Positions 1 through 11,274 of a stretch of 64,000 nt of DNA are shown here, piece by piece. The notes below the pieces were generated by a model that was not told where the DNA came from, did no database searches, and saw only the letters and a list, made by a program, of their open reading frames with translations. The position numbers were made by a program, and so were the translations under genes. This stretch comes from Ignavibacteriota bacterium (GTDB lineage Bacteria > Bacteroidota > Ignavibacteria > UBA10030 > CAVZMI01), in NCBI GenBank assembly GCA_963776275.1, contig CAVZMI010000023.1:192001-256000 (forward strand), in the 5' to 3' direction. How positions within the stretch are numbered: position 1 is the stretch's first letter; each line of letters begins with the position of its first letter.

Positions 1-605
1 AATTCCTCGACATTTCCAAGCCGTGACGCAAGCACCGATTCGGCAATACCTGTTGTCTTTAAAGTACGATGCAGTATCGCGCGTCCGGATGCATGTGTCT
101 GGAAATACGGTACAACGGATTCTTCCATGATACTTTTCATTTCAAACGGTACGCCGGGCATTGCTATGAAATATTTTCCATCGCGATCAAACAAAATACC
201 CGGTGCGGAACCCATACTGTTCGGAAATACAGTACATCCCCCTGGGACCAATGCTTGTTCCTCGGACGCTTTTAATAGGGGTATATTTCGTTTACCCAGG
301 ATTGCCTTGATATTCTCGAGGATGCTCTGATCCATGATCAGATCGGTTTGAAAGAATTTGCAGATGACTTTCTTTGTAATATCGTCGTGAGTCGGTCCCA
401 ATCCTCCCGTCACGCATACAACATCATATATTCGGTACGCGTTTTCAAATGCCTTCAGCATCATCTCTTCATCGTCGCCGACGGTGGTCATCCGGGCGAC
501 GGCAATCCCGACGCTGTTCAATTTTTCGGCGATGAAGGCCTGGTTGGTATTGATAACCTGACCGATCAGAAGTTCGTCACCTATTGTAATGATTTCTGCA
601 AGCAT
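1..605 (-). CDS. cinA: Competence/damage-inducible protein CinA (5' part, runs off the window edge)
   Basis: Manual minus-strand translation from ATG at 605: MLAEIITIGDELLIGQVINTN...VCVTGGLGPTHDDIT...MPGVPFEM. It lies next to pgpA/pgsA, a common context. Not in the ORF track because it is truncated. Confidence 0.92.
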   Translation of the reverse strand, partial: MLAEIITIGDELLIGQVINTNQAFIAEKLNSVGIAVARMTTVGDDEEMMLKAFENAYRIYDVVCVTGGLGPTHDDITKKVICKFFQTDLIMDQSILENIKAILGKRNIPLLKASEEQALVPGGCTVFPNSMGSAPGILFDRDGKYFIAMPGVPFEMKSIMEESVVPYFQTHASGRAILHRTLKTTGIAESVLASRLGNVEE

Positions 606-810
606 GAAATAATATACGATTGGGATGAATGATAAACAAAGGTAATTTTTTCCTTAAAATAACGGTTAAAAATGACCCATAGAGATTTTTTGACCTGCCC
701 GCCTTTCTCGTGTTTCTTACGTCTCATGTTCCGTGCTTTTTACGTCCCACGCTCTTTGTGGGGCTCAGTTGAGTAGTGGGATTGGCGGAACGATGAATTT
801 AAGGATGGCA

Positions 811-1055
811 AGCGCCGTAAGCGCGACATGTTAATAGAAAAGCTATCGAAAAACGAAACGAGCCCCATGGGATATACAAATCATAAAGGCGGCATATGTA
901 ACCTGTTTTCGTTCTATGTAATATAAGGGCTGCGAGATAATAAACAGGCGCCGTCCTGTCCGCCGGAACGTAGTGTAGGCGGAAGGCGCGACATGTTTAT
1001 AGAAAAACCGCCAATGAAACGGTACGAGCCCCCATGGGGGCGGCATGTTGAGATT
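811..1055. repeat. REP-like palindromic repeats upstream of tnpA
   Basis: Units GCGCCGTA(A/G)GCGCGACATGTT..TAGAAAA..ACGAGCCCC(C)ATGGG at about 811-872 and 948-1055. Confidence 0.75.
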
Positions 1056-1120
1056 TATTAAAGAAATAATTCGCCTGATATATTTTTTTAACTCCAATCA
1101 ATATTTTCATTATTCATGTC

Positions 1121-1588
1121 ATGGCAAACACATTTTCGAAAATCTATTTTCATGTTATATTTTCTGTCCAGAATCGCTTGAATCTCATGTCCCCGGGGGT
1201 CCGTGAAGAAATACAAAAATATATATCCGGGATAGTCACAAATAAAAACCAGAAATTAATATCAATATGTTGCATGCCTGATCATACCCATATTCTACTT
1301 GGATTAAAACCGGATATTTCTGTCTCGACAATTGTAAGAGATATTAAGGCGAATTCTTCCCGCTTTATTAATGAATGTAGATTGGTGAAAGATCGATTTA
1401 ATTGGCAGGAGGGATTCGGTGTATTTTCGTGCGGCGAAGGAGATCTTGATTGGATTATTCATTACATCATGAATCAAGAATTCCATCATAAGAAGAAGAA
1501 TTTTAAAGAAGAATATATTGCGATACTACAGGAATACAATGTTGCGTATAATGAAGAATATCTTTTTAAATGGATCGCGATAGATTGA
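1121..1588 (+). CDS. tnpA: IS200/IS605-family Y1 HUH transposase (RAYT-like)
   Basis: MANTFSKIYFHVIFS, HUH motif DHTHIL, FNWQEGFG, YIMNQEFHH. Flanked by REP-like palindromes. Confidence 0.9.
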   Translation: MANTFSKIYFHVIFSVQNRLNLMSPGVREEIQKYISGIVTNKNQKLISICCMPDHTHILLGLKPDISVSTIVRDIKANSSRFINECRLVKDRFNWQEGFGVFSCGEGDLDWIIHYIMNQEFHHKKKNFKEEYIAILQEYNVAYNEEYLFKWIAID

Positions 1589-1601
1589 TTTATCCTTTTT
1601 C

Positions 1602-1886
1602 CACATATCACCCCGACGGGGTTCATTCCTTTTTTTGTTATGCTTTTCTATAAACATATCACCCCTACGGGGTTTTTGAAATGTTGAATTTCGAGTTTTG
1701 TATTGTGAATACATGAGCGTTGTATGCACGTCATCGGTGAATAATAGTCGGATTGTTAATGAGCGTCGTGGCGCTGAACGTTTCTAGAAAAGCTATTTTG
1801 TGAAAGAGCGCCGTAGGCGCGATATGTTTGTAGAAAAACCGCCAACGAAACGGTACGAGCCCCATGGGGGCGGCATGTTGAGATTC
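1602..1886. repeat. REP-like repeats downstream of tnpA
   Basis: Inverted doublet CATATCACCCC(G/T)ACGGGG at 1602-1678. A direct copy of the upstream unit at 1806-1886. Confidence 0.75.
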
Positions 1887-1915
1887 ATCTGTTCGTCTCG
1901 AAGCTGTTAAGTCGA

Positions 1916-2413
1916 TTAGTGGATAAACCGCAGCCACAATTGAAGCGCAATATTCACATACATCCCTGCAAACACATCATCAAGCATTATTGCCCATCCG
2001 CCCGATTTACGTTGGCACCACCGTGCAGGCCAGGGCTTAATGATGTCGGAGATACGGAACAGGATAAATGCAGCCGCTGTGATCGTAAGCGATTTCGGAA
2101 GAAAAAGCAGCGATACCCACATCCCGACTATTTCATCTATCACGACAATTCCCGGATCATGACTGCTTTGCTTTTCAACCAGATGGGCTCCGTATATGCC
2201 GATTGCAAAAGTAGCAACGATCGCAGACAGCATTACGGTGGTCACTTCAAATCCGGGGATTGCATAAAATATAAGTGCTACTAAAGTGCCGATGGTGCCG
2301 GGAATTAGGGGCGAATATCCCGCACCGAATCCGGTGCTGATAAATCGTAAGAGAAAGGGAACACTCTTAACATTCCGATCAATCTGATTCGGTGATTCGG
2401 GAACGGCTGACAT
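1916..2413 (-). CDS. pgpA: Phosphatidylglycerophosphatase A
   Basis: Motifs GFGAGYSP..PGT.GT, HDPGIVVIDEIVG, FRISDIIKPWP, IMLDD. Confidence 0.93.
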   Translation of the reverse strand: MSAVPESPNQIDRNVKSVPFLLRFISTGFGAGYSPLIPGTIGTLVALIFYAIPGFEVTTVMLSAIVATFAIGIYGAHLVEKQSSHDPGIVVIDEIVGMWVSLLFLPKSLTITAAAFILFRISDIIKPWPARWCQRKSGGWAIMLDDVFAGMYVNIALQLWLRFIH

Positions 2414-3002
2414 AGAGATTCAGAATAGTCTTCCGGTTATCGATGATGTAGGTGATGCCCGTCCAGAGAGTTATGATCGTGATGATCAGCATTAAAATAT
2501 ACACAAGCGTCGGATTGAGAAGCATGTCGAACAATGGCTGGTGATCTGACCAGAATCCGGGAGTTGTTTTTGCCAGATACAAAATCAGGATATAATAGAT
2601 CAGTGTCATCTGGGCGAATGTTTTTACTTTTGCAAAATAAGTCGTTACAACCGTCTGATCTTTATACTCGGCAAGCGAACGGAGTAACGTAATGAGGATA
2701 TCCCTTATTACAATAATCCAGACCATCCAGTATTGTGCAAGGCCGAGTATGGCAAAAGCGAAAAACGCCGCTGATGTCAGTACTTTATCGGCGAGTGGAT
2801 CGAAGAATTTTCCCCATCGTGAAATATATCCCCATTTTCGTGCTACCCATCCGTCGTACCAATCTGTCAGTGATGCGATAGTAAAAGCCACAAAAGCCCA
2901 TTGTCGCAGTCGGTGATCCTGCGAGAAGAGCAGACTGACAAAGACGGGAGTAAGCAGTATCCGGAGCAGTGTCAGTTGATTTGGAAGGGAAATTGATATC
3001 AT
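2379..3002 (-). CDS. pgsA: CDP-diacylglycerol--glycerol-3-phosphate 3-phosphatidyltransferase
   Basis: LPNQLTLLRI and the CDP-alcohol motif DWYDGWVAR...GKFFDPLADK. Upstream of pgpA. Confidence 0.92.
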   Translation of the reverse strand: MISISLPNQLTLLRILLTPVFVSLLFSQDHRLRQWAFVAFTIASLTDWYDGWVARKWGYISRWGKFFDPLADKVLTSAAFFAFAILGLAQYWMVWIIVIRDILITLLRSLAEYKDQTVVTTYFAKVKTFAQMTLIYYILILYLAKTTPGFWSDHQPLFDMLLNPTLVYILMLIITIITLWTGITYIIDNRKTILNLYVSRSRITESD

Positions 3003-3081
3003 GAGCTTAATTTAATAGAATTCCCTTCTTTTGCAAGGCGGGGGGGGGAGGCGGATTTGGCAGTTTTTAATACTTTTTTAT

Positions 3082-3290
3082 GTGGTCTCGATATGGCATA
3101 ATAAACAGCGGTTTTACTCGACCACCTGGCTATTGATACTGAGTAACAAATTCAATAGCCAGGTCACCGAGTTATCAAGCCATATCGACATCCATATCGA
3201 GGTGACCTTTCATAGATCATCGGTATAACATCGTGGTCTCGATACGTCCTGTTCCGCTACCGCGGAACAGGACTACTCGACCACCTGGCT
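3082..3290. repeat. Two REP-like direct units
   Basis: GTGGTCTCGATA...ACTCGACCACCTGGCT at about 3082-3131 and 3233-3290. Confidence 0.55.
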
Positions 3291-3361
3291 GTCGAAACAG
3301 CCCCTAAACATTTATCATTCACAATTGAGACCAGCCGATTCCTTGAGCGGAACGCAGAAAT

Positions 3362-3396
3362 AAAAAACCCCGATCCGCAGAGCGGAACGGGGTCTT
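3362..3396 (-). terminator. Probable intrinsic terminator of rpmB
   Basis: ACCCCG...CGGGGT hairpin followed by a T6 tract on the minus strand, just after the rpmB stop. Confidence 0.6.
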
Positions 3397-3415
3397 AAAT
3401 ATACATAAAGACTCT

Positions 3416-3607
3416 TTATGCAGCTTTCATAACCTTACCCGATTTAATGCAATTTGCACAAACGGTAATCCGCATGGTTTTCGAGCCGACTTTTGCGCGG
3501 ACGCTCTGGAGATTCGGCTCCCACCGCCGCCGTGTCCGGTTATGGGCATGACTGATATTGTTGCCGCTTGTCGGCTTTTTACCGCAAATTGCACATACTT
3601 TTGCCAT
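3416..3607 (-). CDS. rpmB: 50S ribosomal protein L28
   Basis: [34 protein letters not shown]. Confidence 0.97.
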   Translation of the reverse strand: MAKVCAICGKKPTSGNNISHAHNRTRRRWEPNLQSVRAKVGSKTMRITVCANCIKSGKVMKAA

Positions 3608-3776
3608 TTCGAATTCCTGACCTTTCTGTTATTAGATGAAAAATCTTCATTTAAGATAGCGAATTTAAAGAAGAGAGGCAAGGAGAATGTAAATGTAAAT
3701 ATATCTTTTCAACACAACCTCTAACCTTCAACCGCCCAACCTTTAACCTTCAACCTCCCAACCTTCAACCTTTTTT

Positions 3777-5234
3777 TCACCAGTTCTTCAACTTCGGCCA
3801 GAGTTCATGAAGCCCAACTTTAGGTTTACGGCAGATTGCCACATAAAATTGCTGTTCCCAGGGATTAACATTTTTCAGCGTAGTCTGAGATGCAACTATA
3901 ACGTCGTCGAACATCGTCTTCAACCTCTCAATGGGCGCATCGGCCACAATAACCGTTGTGATCGGCTTTTGCGGAAATCCCCACAGGTAATATGTCATGT
4001 GTCCTGAAACTGCTTTTGGTAGTCCGTACTCGCCGCCAAAATAATTAATCGCTCCAGTGGGGCCGTACCAGCTCCCAAAGATTAAAGTGCTGTCACATTC
4101 TATGGGTGAAAGCGTATGATAGACTTTCGCGACGGCTTCTACGCGTTCTTTCCATCCAAATTGTCCGTGGAGATCGCCTGTTATCTCATAGACATTTTCA
4201 AACGAACCGAACGATAATACTTTACAATATCGATCCATGGCATCGATGGAAGTAATTGGGAGTAAGATAGGGGCAAAAAGTATCAATGCTAGAATCATCG
4301 TACCGGCGATGACAGGTTTAAGGCGGGGCCAATTCTTGCGAATGATAAATTGTTCAAGTGCAGCGCCGCCACCGGCTAATACGGCAGGATATGCAGGAGC
4401 AAGGTAATAGATTTTACTCTTGATAAGCATCAGGAGAACAAAAAGAGAAATATAGACCCATCCGAAAATGCGGTATGGCTTTCCGGCTTTTGAGAAAAAG
4501 AAAACGAGTCCTCCGATCCATATCGGAGCTGTAACCGGATTGAGATAGAGAATTTGTCCGAGAATGAATTGAAAGATGGAGATTCTGCTCATAGTATGCC
4601 GGTTGAGATTACGGAGGAATTCCACTGTGGGCCAGTCGTTGGCAATCTGCAATAGAATATTCGGGAGAAAAATACATAGGGCGATCGCCCCGGCAAGATA
4701 CGGCCAGCGTGTTCGAAGGTGGTTTCTTAATGGAGTCAGAAGTATTCCGATCCCCAAGCCAAAAATTAAAAGCAGCGTCGAATGCTTAATCATCAGTCCG
4801 ATACCGATCAATACTCCTATCCAGATCCACAACCGGAGATTATTTTCCTGTATGATCCGGACGACGAAATATGCACATGAAACCCAGATAATGGGTTCGA
4901 AGACCGGAATGCAGAGCATGATACTCGAGCGGATAAAATTCGGCGCTATCAACATTGAGAAACAGGCTGCAAAGACTGCGAACTTGCGGCCGCCCAGTCG
5001 TTGGACGAGAAGTCCTGTAATGAATATCGCCGCGGTTCCGGCGAGGACTGCAAATATGCGTAAACCGAACAACGATTGTCCGAAAAGGAAATCTGCCAGA
5101 CGGGCAATCCAGGGGACTATCGGTGATTGGTCGACATAACCGAAGGATAAATGATGCCCGCAGTCGAGAAAATACAATTCATCGTGGTGGTAGCCGTACC
5201 GTGCAAGGAAGGGGAGGTGCATCAATATTTTCAA
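3777..5234 (-). CDS. Glycosyltransferase family 39 / ArnT-like membrane protein
   Basis: YGYHHDELYF..GYVDQSP N-terminal motif and many TM helices. The start is uncertain. Confidence 0.8.
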   Translation of the reverse strand: MKILMHLPFLARYGYHHDELYFLDCGHHLSFGYVDQSPIVPWIARLADFLFGQSLFGLRIFAVLAGTAAIFITGLLVQRLGGRKFAVFAACFSMLIAPNFIRSSIMLCIPVFEPIIWVSCAYFVVRIIQENNLRLWIWIGVLIGIGLMIKHSTLLLIFGLGIGILLTPLRNHLRTRWPYLAGAIALCIFLPNILLQIANDWPTVEFLRNLNRHTMSRISIFQFILGQILYLNPVTAPIWIGGLVFFFSKAGKPYRIFGWVYISLFVLLMLIKSKIYYLAPAYPAVLAGGGAALEQFIIRKNWPRLKPVIAGTMILALILFAPILLPITSIDAMDRYCKVLSFGSFENVYEITGDLHGQFGWKERVEAVAKVYHTLSPIECDSTLIFGSWYGPTGAINYFGGEYGLPKAVSGHMTYYLWGFPQKPITTVIVADAPIERLKTMFDDVIVASQTTLKNVNPWEQQFYVAICRKPKVGLHELWPKLKNW

Positions 5235-5531
5235 TCAGCATCGCATGCTGAGATAGCTTTCAGAGGCCGGACTTATGAGCGTGACATAGGCGTGGGGGAC
5301 GATACATCCACCGGAAATGAATACCGAACGGTTTCCTCCAGAAGGGGGTACGTCGTCCCTGAATTCCATATCTCCCTGCCAACCAGATGTGTCGGCCGGC
5401 GACTCGAAAGAATAAAAATAGATCTGCTCTTCATTGTTTTGTTCCGAAGCAGCCTCATTATTTTTTTTACACCCCGTGAGAGGAACAGCGATGATTAGAA
5501 AGAGCCATGGAGTTGTCATGAATGATTTCAA
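5235..5531 (-). CDS. Short putative lipoprotein (possibly truncated)
   Basis: Signal peptide with lipobox LTGC and a GGAG RBS. Abuts the GT39 gene. Confidence 0.45.
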   Translation of the reverse strand: MKSFMTTPWLFLIIAVPLTGCKKNNEAASEQNNEEQIYFYSFESPADTSGWQGDMEFRDDVPPSGGNRSVFISGGCIVPHAYVTLISPASESYLSMRC

Positions 5532-5573
5532 TCTCCATCTCCTTGATATAATATTTTTCCCATTGCAGGAGCC

Positions 5574-5951
5574 CTAGTCGATTATTTCCAGTCCTGCATC
5601 CTGCAACGCGTGAATTGCCTGATCGAGCGCTTCCTTTTTCACCAGAATAAAATCGGTTTCATAGGTCGACACCGTGAAAAGGGACACTCCGGCATTGGCT
5701 AGAATCCCTGTTATTCTCGAGATGACACCCACAAGTGAAAAATCCAGAGGACCGATTATTTTTAAAATTCGCCAACCCCTTTCCTGCTTTATCTCGGCGG
5801 GGACATATTTCTCCTGACATACGATCGAGAGTTCATCCGGAGTATATGTCATACTGGCGAAACCGTGCGAGGCATGCACCCACGGAGGGATTGGAGAATC
5901 ATGATCGAGTTTACAGATTGCATATGTATTCTTCATTACCGTCAATTGCAT
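5574..5951 (-). CDS. ACT domain-containing protein
   Basis: TPDELSIVC, GPLDFSLVGVI, VSTYETDFILVK. Confidence 0.88.
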   Translation of the reverse strand: MQLTVMKNTYAICKLDHDSPIPPWVHASHGFASMTYTPDELSIVCQEKYVPAEIKQERGWRILKIIGPLDFSLVGVISRITGILANAGVSLFTVSTYETDFILVKKEALDQAIHALQDAGLEIID

Positions 5952-6717
5952 TATCCAACTCCTCTCTATAGGCTGTGAAGATTTGTCATTTGTGTTATAG
6001 TCGTGGAAAAGTTTGCTCCATGGATTTTCAATGAAATAATGCAGGAATAAATACTCGAATGCAATTGTAAGAGTCAGCCATGTGCGATATGCACGTGGAG
6101 ATGATTTGTTGAACCTGGTGAGAATATAATTGAATTGCAGTTAACATGCAAAAGATAAGAAAAAAGTAAAAAGGAAAAAGTGAAAAGTTTACCCCGTCTG
6201 GACCCTGAGCATGCCGAAGAGTATCGAGGGGTACCACTTCATGAAGCCTGCCGGCTTATCTTTAAGAGCCGGAGACCGTAAGCTTACGTGCTTTTTAGTG
6301 TCATACGTTCTCCGATGGGACTAGTGGGGTTGGCGGAAAAACGGATGAACCTCAGGCTCAAAGGGCGAAAAGTTGGAAAATTTGCTTTTCAAAGCTCTTT
6401 AATACTTTTTCCTTTTTAATTTTTACTTTTTACTTAATCGATAGCCATCGAGATCTGATGTGACTCTTTTATCTTGAATTCTCATTAGGATTTAACACAA
6501 TATATCCGTATCTTATACAAGTCGCAAACAGCGGCGCCCGCATCCGTGCGTTACCAGCATCGGAAGCGGATATTTGAGACTCGCTCTCTGATGTCAATAA
6601 GCTAAGGTACTGCACGGAGTTTTGTACGCTCAGTTGTACACTTCCCGTACTTTCTCATCTTCGGCAAATTACCATCCTGCGTAGCGTGTTTTTTACAGTT
6701 CTAATAAAGGATTTATT

Positions 6718-8121
6718 ATGCCATTTTCAAAACTTGATCTTTCCGATCAACTCGTGCAGGGTATTCTTGCAACAGGCTATACTGCACCCACCGCAATTCA
6801 ATCGCAGGCTATTCCGCTGGCCGTTACCGGCCGGGATATTATCGGCGTTGCTAAGACGGGTACCGGAAAGACCGCCGCATTCATTTTGCCGATGCTCAAC
6901 CATCTGACAAAACAGGGTACGCATCACACAACCCATCATGCGCGCGCGCTTGTCCTTACACCGACACGCGAGCTTGCTCTGCAGGCTGAAGAATTTATTA
7001 CCACGTACGGCCGGTTCACGAACATTCAGAGCCTCACAATCATCGGTGGAGCCAGTATGGACAACCAGGTGAAACGGCTCCGGCACGGCGTCGACATTAT
7101 CATCGCAACCCCGGGACGTTTAAACGATCATCTCAATCGGCATACGGCAGACCTCTCGAAGATCGAAATTCTTGTACTCGACGAGGCCGATCGCATGTTC
7201 GATATGGGATTCATAAATGACGTTCGAGAAAATCATCGCCCGTATGCCGGTGAAGCGGCAAACGCTGTTGTTCTCTGCGACTATGTCGAAAGAAGTGAAA
7301 GCGTTGACTGCGTCCATTCAAAAGAATCCATCGTTGATCGAAATCGGCGAGCAGCGACGGCCTGTAGAAACCGTTGCGCAAGCGTTTTATACCGTACCCC
7401 AGGAGATGAAAATAGAGTTGCTCCTTCACTTGCTCGGTTCGGAGGACTATCGATAGCGCGCTCGTTTTTTCGCGGACAAAGCACGGAGCCGACAAGATCA
7501 CGCGCACGGCTTGAGAGAAACGGCGTCCAATCCGTCGCCATCCATTCCAACCGCACACAGGCGCAGCGTCAACGTGCTCTGGCGGGATTCAAGCAGGGAC
7601 ACTATAAAGTTCTTGTTGCCACAGACATTGCCGCACGCGGAATCGACGTTGAGGGAATTTCGCACGTAATTAATTATGACACGCCGACCTTTGCCGAGGA
7701 TTATATCCACCGTATAGGCCGCACCGGACGTGCAACCGCTAACGGAGACGCAATCACGTTTGTGTCGGCAGCAGAGCAAAAGTTTGTGAAAAGTATTGAG
7801 AAGTACGTCGGTAGGCGGTATGATGTTAAACGCTACGAGGGATTCGATTACACGAAAAAAGAATCTCTCGTCGCAGAGACTAAAACCATGCAGCATGACA
7901 CTCCACACCACAGGCATGCGAATCCGTCCGGTTCAAAGCATCAGGGACACGATGGGAGCGAACGGAACAGAAAACCACGCCGGTATACGGCTCATCCCTT
8001 GAAGAAGAAAAAATCATACAGTCCAAAAGAATCATTTGGAAAGAAGGAATCGTTTGAGAGAAAGGAATCGATAGAATCCCGTGAACGCAGCTGGCGGAAA
8101 TTATTCCGGCGCGAGAAATAA
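6718..8121 (+). CDS. DEAD-box RNA helicase (RhlE-like) with two compensating frameshifts near 7225 and 7455
   Basis: AKTGTGKT, PTRELA, TPGRL, DEAD and HRIGRTGR are in the main frame. Motif III (LLFSAT) is in the alternative-frame ORF 7217-7456. Confidence 0.9.
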   Translation: MPFSKLDLSDQLVQGILATGYTAPTAIQSQAIPLAVTGRDIIGVAKTGTGKTAAFILPMLNHLTKQGTHHTTHHARALVLTPTRELALQAEEFITTYGRFTNIQSLTIIGGASMDNQVKRLRHGVDIIIATPGRLNDHLNRHTADLSKIEILVLDEADRMFDMGFINDVRENHRPYAGEAANAVVLCDYVERSESVDCVHSKESIVDRNRRAATACRNRCASVLYRTPGDENRVAPSLARFGGLSIARSFFRGQSTEPTRSRARLERNGVQSVAIHSNRTQAQRQRALAGFKQGHYKVLVATDIAARGIDVEGISHVINYDTPTFAEDYIHRIGRTGRATANGDAITFVSAAEQKFVKSIEKYVGRRYDVKRYEGFDYTKKESLVAETKTMQHDTPHHRHANPSGSKHQGHDGSERNRKPRRYTAHPLKKKKSYSPKESFGKKESFERKESIESRERSWRKLFRREK

Positions 8122-8341
8122 AAAGTTCTTAGGGAATTGCTAAAGGCGCGGACTCCCGGGTCATATTAAAAAGGTGAAGCTCTGCTCCATATCTTTTTAA
8201 AAAGCGATCGGGAACCGAGCTCCTTTGAATCGATGTTTTATGGACTCGTCCAACAGGAGTATTGACAGTTAAGATACATTTGTAAAGGATTTGTCGATTG
8301 CGAACCAATCAATTTTGCGAGATAGTGCGGCAGCGAAAAGA

Positions 8342-9993
8342 TCAGCGAGTATATTCCCCGATCTGACAGACAGTTTTTGGAAGAGAAGATGAGAAGGCGT
8401 TGAGGTTCACCTGTAAATTGGCCGCCTCGGTTAGATTAACCGCATAGAACGTAACAATCTCATCGCCGCAAACAAAATTTTTTGAAATTTTCCATTCACC
8501 CACATGAATCCACTGAGAAGGTAGGATGCTTACTCCATGGCGGCTGAACCAACTATCATAGAGTATTGCAATCCTGATATTCTTTGATCTCGTAACACTT
8601 TCTATTTGTTCTCTATTGTAAAAACCGTTCCTTTTTTTCAGATCTATATCGGCATTCCCGATTCCCCACAAATCGAGACAACGAATGTCCGCCAGATAGT
8701 TGATAGCCCCAATATCATTTGCGGCAACAGCAGCGTCCTGATAATAGCTGCCGTAGGAAAATTCCCATCTGGTATTGTTGTTCAAAAATGTTTTTTGTCG
8801 CCCGAGGTATCCGGCGTCGTTGATCCTATTCCTCTCCTGGCGAGCGGGAAAAGAGCGAGAAGGCCCAGAAGTAATGATAGCTGAGAATTTCATGGCGTAA
8901 TAATCCCTTGATATTTATTTTCTTTACCTCGCATGTAAATGAATTCGAAGAATGGAATACTAACGACAAAAACACCAAGGGCAACAAGATATGACTCATA
9001 TCGGTAAAACCAGCCGGTTTTAGCAAATTGCATATGGAAAACGCATGTGGCGAAAAATATTATCATCATTATCCGGTTCTCTTCCCAGAATCCCTTTTTG
9101 AACCGGAGTACGAAGAGAATAATCGACATAATCATCAGAGAAAGAATGTGAGGCGCTCCAAGGAGTTGATGAATTGAGATCCCGAGAAATTCTTTCATAC
9201 CGGCGAGAGAAGTAAAATCCGGAATATGACCTTTTAAAAGAACCGAATTCGGCAGCCAGAACCACCCATGAGAGATCGAGATAATTCCATAAATCCCGAT
9301 CGGTATGATCGCAATTGCCCCCAACAAAAGAGAATACAACCATCGGTTACGGAAGAGGTAAAGAACGCACACAACGAAAACGACGAACAATCCCTCATAT
9401 CGGGTAAGAACAACAATCGGCGCCAGTATCAAGGGCGACACAAAACCTGTTACCGAGCTACCGTGGTGAATATTCGAAGAAAGTGTTTTTGCAGAAACGT
9501 ATACAAAAAGAATAGTAAGAAGCGCATGGAGAATGTGTTCCTGTCCTGTAAAAAGAAGAGCAGGGAAGGGGGTGAAGAGAATAATTCCCATTAGGACAAG
9601 GAATACATACGATTGCGGAAGAGCGTACTTTCTTAATAGTAGAAAGACTGAAAAAAGTGCCGCGACGGCGATCGCGACAGTCAGTATAAACGGACCGATT
9701 TCATTGACTCCAAATGCTAGGTACATTCCCGAGAGGAGCAGTGTCCATAGCAACGAAGAGGACGAAGAACTGAACTCATGCCTTGTTACTCCCCATACTC
9801 CATGCTGGGCGAAGTTCTTGGCCATGGCCATGTGTATGTAGGGATCGTCGAGCGCGTAGATGAGATGGCCCTGATTTTGGTTCATGGATATCCATGAAAG
9901 GATCAGGACTGTTATGAATAGTACTGCTGTTGCGATGATGAACGACCAGGATTTATAAAAGGTGCTTTTCATCGATTCTCTATTTATAAACAC
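8342..9993 (-). CDS. Multi-pass membrane protein, GT-C-like (split over ORFs 8890-9993 and 8342-8893)
   Basis: LDDPYIHMAMAKN, many TM helices, TRYEG and C-terminal NDIGAINY..DLWG. The two ORFs appear to be joined by frameshift(s). Confidence 0.6.
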
Positions 9994-10465
9994 CGCAACA
10001 GAAGATGATGCCGTCTACTTTCTTGAAATAAGTTGTTTTATCTTCCACTTTTTCGGTTTTTGGATTTTTGTACTTATAATCAACCCATCCTGTTCCGGAT
10101 GCTTTTGCTTTTTGGACGATCTCTTTTCTAAAATACTTCCCGGCATCGTCAGGAACATCGATAAGATTTTTTCCTATCAACGATTTATTCACCGGATGCG
10201 CAAGCATCACGCCTTCTTTGCTGTACGCAAAGACATACAGTTCATCTTTTTTAAATCTGCCAGCGGTGATTGCTTCGAGGGTTTTTCCCCTGCCGTTGGC
10301 TTTATAGAATTGAATAGCCTTTCGTACCATCGCCTTCGCCTCATCTCTTTTTGAGGCTGCAGACATTGTATTTTCTATGCCGAAAATAGCGATGAGTGCG
10401 AGTATGGATACGACAAAAATTCTTTTCATAATGGTTCTCCTTTGATGATATAAAAATGTTCTCAC
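9980..10465 (-). CDS. Single Cache domain periplasmic protein
   Basis: LYVFAY...LAHP..LIGKN..DVPDDAGK...GWVDYKYKNP...K.TY. The real start is probably MKRIF. Confidence 0.85.
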   Translation of the reverse strand: MRTFLYHQRRTIMKRIFVVSILALIAIFGIENTMSAASKRDEAKAMVRKAIQFYKANGRGKTLEAITAGRFKKDELYVFAYSKEGVMLAHPVNKSLIGKNLIDVPDDAGKYFRKEIVQKAKASGTGWVDYKYKNPKTEKVEDKTTYFKKVDGIIFCCGVYK

Positions 10466-10474
10466 ATGGCCAAG

Positions 10475-11077
10475 CTAAATATTACTGTACTTTATAACCT
10501 GCCGGGATCTTGAATTTTTCTGCGGGGCCTTTGCATTTTCCTCCACCTTGACCGCTTTCGCGATAACGTTTATACCCGAAGTGGTGAGATCGGTCATTAA
10601 GCAAATACCTTTCCATCCTGCAAACACGGTCTTACCCGAGGTGGAGGTGACTTCGAATGATTCGCATAGCTTACCGGCGATGGTGACATTTGACAGTTGT
10701 TTTGCTTTTCCGCTGGCTTTCTCCTTCTGAGAAACTTCGTTCCAGTCGAACCGCAGTTCCGTCCCACGATATGCATCGCCCTGTTTGTATGCTACTTTAT
10801 CCTTGTGGTTCAGGGTGTACAGTGTTTTTCCATCGCTGAAGAACGATTCGGAAAGAGTATTGTCTTTATATGTTTCTTTACATTCCTTCATTCCATAATC
10901 ATCAAAATACACGATAAACCTTTCGGTAAATTTGATCTTTCCCATAACAGTGGAGTTTTCGAATGTGACGATTCCCGATTTGATATCGTATTTTTTTGTT
11001 TGTCCGGCTAGATCAGGCGGCACCAGAAAAACCGCCACGATGAGGAGAATAAGAATTGAAAGAGTTTTCATTTTCAT
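10475..11077 (-). CDS. Secreted hypothetical protein
   Basis: Signal peptide, KKYDIKSG, TIAGKLCE motif. Confidence 0.6.
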   Translation of the reverse strand: MKMKTLSILILLIVAVFLVPPDLAGQTKKYDIKSGIVTFENSTVMGKIKFTERFIVYFDDYGMKECKETYKDNTLSESFFSDGKTLYTLNHKDKVAYKQGDAYRGTELRFDWNEVSQKEKASGKAKQLSNVTIAGKLCESFEVTSTSGKTVFAGWKGICLMTDLTTSGINVIAKAVKVEENAKAPQKNSRSRQVIKYSNI

Positions 11078-11215
11078 CTCCAGGAATGAGTGTTATGTGG
11101 TGAGTATTAGAAAAACTAATAAATATAACGATAAATGGCAACTGAGATAATCATCATGAGAATTCCACAGTCCGGATTATGGGTTTTTAAATGTGAGGTA
11201 TATCGTTAATATTTA

Positions 11216-11248
11216 AAAAAGCCCCGACGGATTTCGACGAGGCTTTGT
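11216..11248 (-). terminator. Probable terminator after the GH20 gene
   Basis: AAAGCCCCG...CGAGGCTTT hairpin with a T tract on the minus strand. Confidence 0.45.
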
Positions 11249-11274
11249 AAAAAGGCTGCATTCTTACGGCGTTA

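Noticed and set aside
3715-3772. AACCTTC-like heptamer run
   Set aside because: Short, degenerate, low-complexity intergenic repeat with no supportable function.
6500-6717. Structured leader or riboswitch upstream of the DEAD-box helicase
   Set aside because: A long 5' region is present, but I could not recognise a known RNA motif by eye. An Rfam scan would be needed.
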